DNA of 64,000 nt. It comes from Emiliania huxleyi CCMP1516. Taxonomy: Eukaryota. Below are positions 1-9,162 of this stretch, in pieces. Within the stretch, counting starts at the first letter, position 1. Each line of letters opens with the position of its first letter. The DNA lies in assembly GCF_000372725.1 (NCBI RefSeq), contig NW_005201213.1, positions 62,001-126,000 on the forward strand. The letters are read 5' to 3'. Under the pieces are notes generated by a model. That model did no database searches and had not been told where the DNA came from. It saw only the letters and a program-made list of their open reading frames with translations. A program made the translations under genes and the position numbers.

Positions 1-698
1 CGTGGTCGTCGACGTGGACGACGGCCGCCTCTGGGTGTCCGCCAACCTCAGCTTCCGCCCCGGCCGCACGGTCGAGGGGGAGGCTGCGGCGTTGGGGGCT
101 TTCGTTTCAGCCAGACTGAGCTGTCCGCGGTGCGTGTGCTTTCTTTTTAAAACTCCGCTTCTGGGTGTCTATGTTCTTTTTTGCACAACACTGGGCACGG
201 GACTGGCTCGCACTGGCACTACACAGGTAGACCATTATTTTTTGCCTGTGCTCCAACCGTCCGTGAGAGAGTTGTTTTCGTCGAATTCTTTTTGCGGTAC
301 GATCTGATAAGCAAACGACTAAACAGTAAACTAAACTAGATTGTTGCAGATGGGGGACGCGCTCGCGGAGACGAGGCGCAGCGCGCCATATCGGAGAGGT
401 CGGTCGTCGGTGTGGCCGGTGTGCGACGTCAGGGCACAGCCACACAGGGGTTACAGGGGAGGGCGGAGGGGGGGCGGGGGGGGGGGAGGTCTCGAGGCAA
501 CGAGGGGGGGGTGCTAGTGGGTGGGATGAGGGGGGCGGGAGAATAAACAGCTTTTCACAGGAGGGGTACGCGTTACGCATGGTGATACCTCACTCGCCTC
601 AGTGCCCCGGCATTTCCGCATCCGGCCCTTCGACCTTCTCATACACATCGCTCTACTGCGTACTCTGACTACCCTGGTATACTCGTCTCGACATAGGC

Positions 699-1945
699 TC
701 ACGTGCTCTCGAGCGCCGGGTCCTCACCCGCGCCCCGGCTCAGCAGGGCCGACGTCACCCGCGGGGCCAGGCGCGGTGCATCGCCCTCGCCCTCGCCCTC
801 GCGCGCAGCGGCTGAGGCCTGCCCGTGCGCTGCGGCCTCCCGCCGCTGCTCCGCAAACGCCCAGAGCGTGATCCCGGAGACGGTCAACGGAAGGCCCCAC
901 AGGAGCGACGGGTGAAAGGTGCTGGCGAGATGGCCCATCAGGGCGGGCGCGGACAGCGCCGCCGCCACGAGCGGAAGCTGCAACGCGGCGAGGAGAAAGT
1001 ACACCGCCGCGCCCGCCTGCTGCACGGTTGCAAACTCGAAGGCGGCGAAGAGGGTCCCTGCGCCGCGCGCCGGGCGGCGTGGCGCGAGAGGGACAGGCAC
1101 GGACGGGGGAGGGAGGCGGCATTCGGGCTTGGTGGCGGCGGGGCGCCTGGGACAGCAAAGGCGAGCACCGCCGCCGCTGCGCCGCTGCAGCCAGTCTCGC
1201 GCAGCAGGCACAGCGCACCGGCGGAGTAGTCGTCACGCACGGCGTGCAGCGGCGGCAGGCCGCGCAGCGCCGACACAGCCAGATTCGAGGGCAGGTTGAG
1301 CGGGAGCGCGAAGAGGCCCGTCCAGAATGTAGCTCGCAGCACCGACCGCAGCTGAGGCCAGGCGCGTGGGGTAGGTCCCGGTGGCGCCAGGACGGCCTCC
1401 GAAAGCACGTTGGCGGCCGCTGCCGGCACTCTCGACACCAGCAGCGCCCACGCCCATCCCCACTGCAAGCTGGTGGTGATCGGCCCGCCAAATCTCTGCG
1501 AGGCGACGACGCCAGCGGTCACCGCGGCGGCGGCAATCCAGTGCAGCCTGCCGTAGCTCTTTCCGAGCAGCGATGCCGAGATGAGGAGCGTGATGGGGAT
1601 GACCGCCTGCTGAATCACGGTGGTCAGGCTGCCATTGTCAGGGCCGAGGCCGTCGATGGCGCTGATCTCGAGGGTGTTTTGCAGCACAAAGAGAGCGGCC
1701 AGCCCCAGCCACACCCTCATCCGGACCGGGGCTTGCCTCCGCCGCGGGGCGAGGCCGCTCAGGTCGAGGCAGACGAGGCCAGCGCCGCTGATGGTGCACT
1801 GGATAGCGGCGTTGATCTGCATTGTGAACTGCGGCGCGGCGGCCAAGATGAAGAGTTCGCGATAGTAGAGCACCGTGCTCACAGTCGCGACGGTGACGTT
1901 GCTCACGCACACGAGGACGACGACTCGCGCCCGGCTCACGCGCAT
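699..1945 (-). CDS. CRT-like (chloroquine-resistance-transporter-like, DMT superfamily) membrane transporter, 2 exons
   Basis: About 10 hydrophobic segments with a GSLTTVIQQAVIPITLLIS...LLGKSY motif. A GC-AG intron at 1058-1146 joins ORF 938..2254 to ORF 699..1211 in frame (VPG|TLFAAF). ATG at 1945. Confidence 0.7.
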
Positions 1946-2497
1946 CGGCGCGTCGTGCCGAAGGCACGTTCGCCGCACAAGGCGCGCAGCAAACTGGTTC
2001 GGCTCCCCCGGACGGGGCCAGGATTTCAGAATGCGAGGGGGGGGGGACCCACGACGAAAAGACATAATCTCTCGCTCTCTCTCGCTCCCTCTCTCCCGAA
2101 AAGAGCGCTGCCACTGGGACTGGTGGTGGCTCACCCCACACGACACACGACACAGCGTCTTCTGATAAATGCAGTATGGAAGATACAAAGAGACGGAGGA
2201 GCAACGAGCGCCCTGGCGTGAGCCGAAGACACTCCCTCCGTAGACACTGATCACACACGGGTGGGACAGGGTGGGTCACAACAACGAGGCACGAGAGCGT
2301 GCACGACAGAGCGACGGCGCAGCGTACCGCCGTCCAGCTAAAAAGCGGCGGCCGACGGTTGCTGCGCAAAGAGACGCGTCCTGCCGAGAAGGGCACCTCG
2401 ATCCCCCCCCCCCCCCCCGCGAACGGTTGTCGAGTGCCTGGCCCCTAGGCAAAGAAGAATTTTACCGCTTAAGGGAAAGCGCAGGTCGCGAGACCTC

Positions 2498-2534
<37 letters not shown>

Positions 2535-2592
2535 AGGGCGCATGCGAGAGAGAGAGAGAGAGAGACTCCGGCTCCGGCCGGTAGTCGACTGC

Positions 2593-2692
2593 GAGAGAGA
2601 GATTTTTAGAAGCCAACAAGAAATGTGTGACACAGAGTGATTTGGGCTCGGCAGCTTGTCGACTACCGGCCGAAGCCGGAGTCGGAACCGTA
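2593..2692 (-). mobile_element. 3' end of retroposed element family B (terminus ATTTCTTGTTGG...CTAAAAATCTCTCTC)
   Basis: Closely similar to about 36390-36494 and 39203-39310. (GAA)n filler lies at the inferred 5' junction (about 2693-2703). Confidence 0.6.
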
Positions 2693-2867
2693 CTTCTTCT
2701 TCTCGCATGCGTAACGACGCTGCTAGAGATGCCTTTCGGGGCCCAGAGACAAAACTTCTGATGCCATGCGTGACCTAGTAGTGTCCCCAGCTATGGGCGT
2801 GTCCACGTTGGAGCCAGGTGTGGATGGAGGCAACGATGCGACATGCGAGTCGACTGGTGTGTGTCGT

Positions 2868-3030
2868 GTGTGTCTCGCGCCTTGCGGGGGGGGAGCGGAA
2901 AGGAGGAACCTCTTCCCAAGAGCACCAACTCTTGGAGCGCCGCCACTACCACCCAGAGCGCTGCAAGCAGCGCCGGGCAATGACGGCTTACCGCCCACCC
3001 AGCCCCCCCTCGGCACACCCCGGCAGCCAA
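2868..3030. mobile_element. 163-bp insertion with 8-bp target-site duplication TGTGTCGT
   Basis: TSD at 2860-2867 and 3031-3038. The uninterrupted site occurs as a reverse complement at 15082-15118. Internal sequence is related to 47990-48076 and 60452-60590. Confidence 0.6.
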
Positions 3031-3577
3031 TGTGTCGTCGTGGTTTCGTATCAAGAATACTCACTCGCGAGACCTCGAGAGAAGCGAGCCAAGAATGACT
3101 TCTGGTGGCGGGCAAAGAGAACACCGTTAGTGCCATCGTCGTGCAAAACAGAAAAAGCGGGTTTTTCCGCGTTGTCGCGAGAGGTTTTCTTTCATTGTAC
3201 TACTGTGCCGTACGAAAGTCTGTGCAGCTTGCGGAGATGACGATCCCGGCGTGAACACGACTAACTGACGGATCCGCTCCTGACAGTCGCACGCGCCGCG
3301 CTGTGGCGCGTGCGACTGTCTTTGTTTGAAGTAAAAAGTCGAATCAGAGCGGCGTCGGCGTTGATCTCCGTTTTCCTCCCCTGGTCCCCCGTCCGGCACC
3401 GCTCCGGGACGCACGCCGGCGAAGCACCATCAAGCTGCTGTACGGCCCCGGCATCGCCTCCCCTGGCTTAGCTAGACTGAGAGATATTGTGCATATGGTT
3501 AGTCTCTACAATATATACATTGACACTGAACCTCCCAGAGCTCGTCCCGGTCCGTCACGGCCATCCTCGGCCTCCCT

Positions 3578-3690
3578 CACAGCAAAACTACGAGCATGGT
3601 AACGGGGGCTCGTTACGGGCCCGTACACTACGAGCATGGTAACGGGGCTCGTTACGGGCCCGTACATACCATGCTCGTAGTTTTGCTGTG
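3578..3690. mobile_element. MITE-like element with perfect 24-bp terminal inverted repeats (CACAGCAAAACTACGAGCATGGTA)
   Basis: TIRs at 3578-3601 and 3667-3690, CT on both flanks, and an internal tandem duplication of about 40 bp. Confidence 0.7.
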
Positions 3691-3893
3691 CTCCGGAGGG
3701 CCCCGGCCGCGGCGCGGTGCGGCGGCGTCACAAATCCGACCACAGAGCACCGGGACGCGGTCGGGCGATCTAAGGCCCAGTGAGGCGTATGCATTGCCTA
3801 TCCAGGGCTATCACCTGGACCTATCAACAGGCGCCTGCGGCGCCGTGCTCAGGAGCTGCTGTTCACAGCTGCACAGACTTCGTGCGGCACAGT

Positions 3894-5333
3894 ATGTCCG
3901 CCTCCTCAGACACGCCGCCGCCCGCCCACCTTCTCGACCTCCCCACGGAGCTCGTCGAGCGGGCCCTCTCTCGCTGCGACAGCCCCGCCGACATCGCTCG
4001 CGTCGCGGCCGTCTCGATCCTCTTCCACGCCTCGCTCGCGGAGGCGGGCATCCGCTTGTGGGCGCAAGAGCGCGGCTTGGAGCTGCCGGCGCAGCCAGAG
4101 GGCGAGAGCTGCGCCGTGCGGTGGCTTTGCGTTGCTGCCTTGCTGCGCGAGGCCAACCCGCCGGCGAGGGTGGCGGCAGGCGAACGGCACAGCGTCTTCG
4201 TCGACGGCGAGGGGCGGCTCTCGTCATGCGGCAAGGGAGTCGTATGGACGCCAGGGCTGCTCGGCCACGGCGAGGGCGTGCTGCGGCTCAACACGCCGAC
4301 CCGCCTCCCATCGACGCTGGGCGGCGAGCGCGCCGTGAGCGTGTCGGCGGGAGGATACCACAGCCTCGCCCTCACCGCCGACGGAGCTGTCTGGAGCTGG
4401 GGTGAGGGATCCTTTGGCCGCCTGGGCCACGGCGACGAGCAGCACCAGCGGCAGCCGACGAAGGTCGAGGCGTTGGCTGGCCAGCGCGTCGTCGCTGTGT
4501 CGGCTGGAGGCGGCCACAGCCTCGCCCTCACCGCAGACGGCGCTGTTTGGAGCTGGGGCTGGGGAAGCTCAGGCCGGTTGGGCCACGGCGACGAGCAGAG
4601 CCAGCTGCTGCCAAAGAAGATCGAGGCCTTTGGTGGCCGGCGCGTCGTCGCCGTGTCGGCTGGAGAGTACCACAGCCTCGCCATCACCGCCGACGGCGCC
4701 GTTTGGAGCTGGGGCTGGGGAGGCCATGGCCAGCTGGGCCACGACAACCAGCAGCGCCAGCTGCTGCCAAAGAAGCTCGAGGCCTTTGCTGGCCAGCGCG
4801 TCGTCGCTGTGTCGGCTGCAGCGTACCACAACCTCGCCCTCACCGCTGTCGGCAGTGTCTGGAGCTGGGGCTTTGGAGGCCATGGCCAGCTGGGCCACGA
4901 CAACCAGCAGCGCCAGCTGCTGCCAAAGAAGGTCGCGGCCTTGGCTGCCCAGCGCGTCGTCGCTGTGTCTGCTGGATCCTTCCACGACCTCGCCATGACC
5001 GCTGACGGGGCCGTCTGGACTTGGGGCGATGGAGAAGACGGCCGGTTGGGCCACGGCGACCACCAGACCCAGTCGCTGCCGAAGCTGGTCGCGGCCTCGG
5101 CTGGCCAGCGCGTCATCGCTGTGTCGGCTGGACCCGATCACAACCTCGCCATCACCTCCGACGGATCTGTCTGGAGCTGGGGCGGTGGCGACTATGGCCA
5201 GCTAGGTCACGGCGACCGGGAGCGCCAGCTCGAGCCCAAGAAGATCGAGATGTGGGCGAGCCGGCCGCCCACGCCTGCTTCCTTTGACGGAGAGGACAGC
5301 AGCAACGGAGAGGACAGCGATTCGGACGAGTAG
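3894..5333 (+). CDS. F-box-like + RCC1-repeat protein
   Basis: N-terminal LLDLPTELVERAL (F-box-like), then about 7 repeats of VSAG.xHSLALTADGAVWSWG.G..GxLGHG. Intronless, ATG at 3894. Confidence 0.85.
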   Translation: MSASSDTPPPAHLLDLPTELVERALSRCDSPADIARVAAVSILFHASLAEAGIRLWAQERGLELPAQPEGESCAVRWLCVAALLREANPPARVAAGERHSVFVDGEGRLSSCGKGVVWTPGLLGHGEGVLRLNTPTRLPSTLGGERAVSVSAGGYHSLALTADGAVWSWGEGSFGRLGHGDEQHQRQPTKVEALAGQRVVAVSAGGGHSLALTADGAVWSWGWGSSGRLGHGDEQSQLLPKKIEAFGGRRVVAVSAGEYHSLAITADGAVWSWGWGGHGQLGHDNQQRQLLPKKLEAFAGQRVVAVSAAAYHNLALTAVGSVWSWGFGGHGQLGHDNQQRQLLPKKVAALAAQRVVAVSAGSFHDLAMTADGAVWTWGDGEDGRLGHGDHQTQSLPKLVAASAGQRVIAVSAGPDHNLAITSDGSVWSWGGGDYGQLGHGDRERQLEPKKIEMWASRPPTPASFDGEDSSNGEDSDSDE

Positions 5334-6278
5334 GAAGCAAGGCGGGCAGCGGGAGGGCGAGTAGTCATTGAAGCAGGACCCGGGTAGTAGCGTTTGAGTG
5401 GCAGTGGGCGCGAGCGTTCCGTGACCGACATACACACACACACCACACCACACCAATGCAGCGCACACCGCCGCCGCGCGCGCACGACGTGTCCGCACTG
5501 CGGGACAGGGCGGTCCACGTGTGATTCCAGCGTGTCGTGTGAGAGAGCGCACACGCGCACTCACTCACTCACACGCGCACTACACAAAGAAGAATTTAGA
5601 CTCGGGTCGCACAGCACGATTCGAAAGAAAAATTTGTTTTCTCGAATGCGAGCGCATCGCCGATCGATCGCGCGTCGCTCCCGAATGCGAATCATGTCCC
5701 GAATGTCGGCCCCAACAAAAGCCAAGAATCACTATGAGAGTCGTGATTTCTTGTTGGTTTTCTAAAATCTCTCTCGCTCCCGTGACGAAAACGAACAACG
5801 CACCAGGCGACTGCCTGAGAACGCTGGATCGAATCGTAGGAGGCACCTAGAGCAAAATTGGGCCCGCTCAGGTGTGTGAAAAATTATAAGGGTCAACCTG
5901 CCAATTCGATCCGGAAGCCACTCGACCACCGAGCGGCCGACGGCCGAAGTAAGCAGAGTAGATGATGGTCAGAGGTAGCGTTCAAATCAGCGACCGATAC
6001 CCGTAACACATTACCGGGGGAATTAGACACAACAGATACGCACAACCGACGCCCGAAGTGCCAAGAAGGACGTCATTAGTACGAAACCTCAGAAGGCCAT
6101 GGGCGCCGAGAGAACATTCCCTCGAGAGGACAAAAGAAAGCCGTCGCACCCCCTCCTTGCGCAGTGTCCCCCGCTATGTGTCGCCAATTGGGGCACGCTA
6201 TCCTGTGCAGTCAGGGCAAGCGGGGGCGGGACGCAGTCCCATCTCTCCTGTGTACGGGTGGGTTCTGTCTCCAGTCTA

Positions 6279-6350
6279 GATCGCAAGGGCGGGGGCCTGT
6301 TCCTTTTTACCCATCTCACAGTAGAGGTGTCCGTTTTATTTATTTATTTA
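6279..6350 (+). mobile_element. 3' part of a small retroposed repeat ending in (TTTA)n
   Basis: Near-identical reverse-complement copy at 35577-35651, which is flanked by a TSD. Confidence 0.55.
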
Positions 6351-6720
6351 CGATAGGGACCAAATAGAACGAACAGAGGATTTCACTCAGAGTCCCACCC
6401 GAAGACATGCTCGAAGAGTCCCATGCATTGCAAGCTAGCAAGCAGCGCCAGCCGCGCGCGGGGCGCAGCAGCCACCGCAGTATCTGGTCGAAACGCCAAC
6501 CCCCAAAACAAACTCTCTCTCTCTCCCACCCACCCCCCCAGATCCGCGTGCCATTTTCCCTTGATGCGCGCAGAGCGGCAAAGTGCCCGGCCAATGGTGC
6601 GCCAGGGCGCCGGCGCGCTCTTAGCCAAAACAATCGTAAAAAGAAATCACGCAAATTTGAACACCTCTCGGCCGCTCGCCCTCCCGGAGCATCCGCGGCG
6701 TCGCTTATTTGGCGCCCCAG

Positions 6721-7590
6721 ATGGCGGAACGGGAGTCCGCTCCCCAGACGCCGGAGTGGCTGACCACCGCAGCAGGCATTGTCGACGGTGGCGGCGGCGG
6801 CGGCACGCGTCGAGTACTTCGCGACTTGCCCTCCAACTCGACACCCATGCGCGAGATCAAAGCGCAGATGGCGCGCATGCAGCAGGAGGTGGCGAAGGCA
6901 CGGACTGAGGCTGCCGCGGCAAACCAGCGCAATCAGGTGCTGGAGGCCCGTCTCGGCATTGCCAAGACGGGGCACGTCATCGACAGCTCGACTCGGATCG
7001 CGAGCTCGCTCCGGCGCCGACGGGCCGTGGTCCAGCTGCAGAATGCGCGGGCAGCCTGCGTTTGCATGCAGGCCGCCTGCCGCGGCTTGCGCGCACGTAA
7101 GCTGTTGCGCATCTGGAGCGCGTGTGCCCTCAAGATTGAGGCCTCGGCGCGCAGCTGGCTGGGTGTCACCGCCTACGCACGGGCTCGGGGCGCGGCTCTC
7201 GAGCTCCAGACTGCCAGCCGGCGCTGGGCGGCGCGGCGCGAGCTGCGCCGCGCCCGCGCAGCAAGCATCCGCTTGCAGGCGGTGCAGCGGACCCGTTCGA
7301 TGCGGCGGGTCTTCATGCTGCAGCGCCGCTCGGCCTCTCTTCTCCAGGGGGCGATGAGGCGGTATGCATCTACCGTGCTGCACGACCCGCGTGTCACCAA
7401 GAGCTCGCTCCGGCTGGAGATTGTGCGCTTGCGGCAGCACGTGCACTTGCTCACCGCTCCGAGCGAGCCTAGCGAGGCGAGTCGCCAGGCTATGGCTGCG
7501 CGCGAGGCACGGCAGCAGGCATCCAACGCGGAGAGCGCCGCGACGGCCGACGCGCCCCACTCGAGATCACCCAAGCGTCGACCGAGGTTA
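6721..7590 (+). CDS. Coiled-coil + IQ-motif protein (5' part), running in frame into a retroelement fragment
   Basis: Repeated IQ-like motifs (MQAACRGLRARK, LQTASRRWAARR, LQAVQRTRSMRR, LQGAMRRYA). Confidence 0.55.
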
Positions 7591-8118
7591 GGCTCGGCGC
7601 ATCCGGAGCGTGGTCGTCACCTTGGGCATGCCGTCGACTCGACGCGCGGCCTCTTCCTCCTCACGCCGAGGCGCGAGACGCAGCTGGCGGCGGAGGCACG
7701 CTCGCTGATCTGCCTCGCCACCAGGGAGCGACGGCTCGTGCCACCGCGGCGGCTGGCCGCCTTCGCGGGCTTGGCGCAGTCGAGCTACTTGGCGGTCCCG
7801 CTCGGCCGCTTCATGCTCCGGGCGCTGCACGACGACCTGGCGACGCGCCGAGGCTGGCGCTCGCGGGACGGCGTGCGATTGGGTCGGCAGTCTCTGGCCG
7901 ATCTAGGCTGGTGGGCGGAGCTGCGCGGCTCGAAGCACGTCGGCCGAGCCATCTGGCGGCCGGCGGAGACTCGGCTGCTCCACACCGACGCCTCCGACCT
8001 CGGCTGGGGGGCGGCCGTCGACCTCGCGCAGCGCCACGCGCCGGCCCACGGCTTCTGGTCGCCGGACGAGCTCCCCTTCCACATCACGTGGAAGGAGCTC
8101 GTTGCGGTGCGGAAGGGG

Positions 8119-8120
<2 letters not shown>
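7591..8120 (+). mobile_element. DIRS/Ngaro-type retrotransposon fragment (RT C-terminus and RNase H N-half)
   Basis: LHTDASDLGWGA...AHGFWS...HITWKELVAV matches the RNase H of tyrosine-recombinase retrotransposons. Truncated at a (CA)n tract. Confidence 0.75.

Positions 8121-8188
<68 letters not shown>
8121..8188. repeat. (AC)n microsatellite
   Basis: Directly visible. Confidence 0.95.
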
Positions 8189-8195
<7 letters not shown>

Positions 8196-9162
8196 CTCCA
8201 TACGCGATCCTGCTCTCGCTCCGCCGCTCGTGCGCCCCGCGCATGTCGGCTTTCTCATGCCTCCGGCCTCCGAGCGCCCTCCTCGGGCGCTCGGGCGGTT
8301 GGGGATGGCATATTGGTTCCCTGGGCGTTCACTAGCGCTCGCTTGTGGGTGAGAACGGCGTTCTCTGGGTAAGCTCAGCTGTGAACTTCCCAGTTGTTTG
8401 CTCTCCCTCCCCCCTTACCCTGTGGTCATGTGACTTGCTAGCGGGACCTGAGTATTGTATAAAAATACTGTAAGGCACATCGGTTCCCTGGGCGTTCACT
8501 AGCGCTCGCTTGTTTGGTGAACGATTTTTCGTTTGGCAGTTGCATCGGTGGGAAATCGCTTTCAAGGCAAAACCCGATTTGTTCTGGGGCGCGTTACACC
8601 GATTCGACCACTAAATGTGACGTGTGGGAAGCCAAAAACCTCCCTTGGCTTCCCACACAAACCAGAAAGAAGGTCTCACAAACCCCCCTTCACAGGGGGA
8701 GCAGCAAATGAGGTAGTCTCTGCGCAGAGACTGTCCCAGTGAATTCGCCCTAAAGGCCTCCGAGCTCCGTGTGGACTCGCAGCTCCGGCTGGATGTCGGC
8801 GACCTAAAGCTCGGCGGTCGTCGCTCGCGGTCCCCGCGCCGCGGCGCCGACTGCGAGTGCGACTCCAGTCTCCACCTGTGGTAGCCGAAGCCGTGGCGCG
8901 TGGGTCGTGGGTGTGGAGTGTGGTGCGTGTGTGGATTTTATCATTTCCGTGCCCAGTGTTGAGTGCGGAAGATCGTTAAACAACACGCTGGCGCGGACAC
9001 CCATCAACAGCGTCACAACACGGCGCCGAACCGTAAAAGATCGAGACAGCGGCGGAGGACGGTAAGGCAGGCGTGGTGCAGACGTGGCTTAGCGGGGATG
9101 GGCAGGTTGACGCAACGTGCGTGCGTCGCGGTCTTCCGAGTCGCATCCGAGGAGGTACGAAC

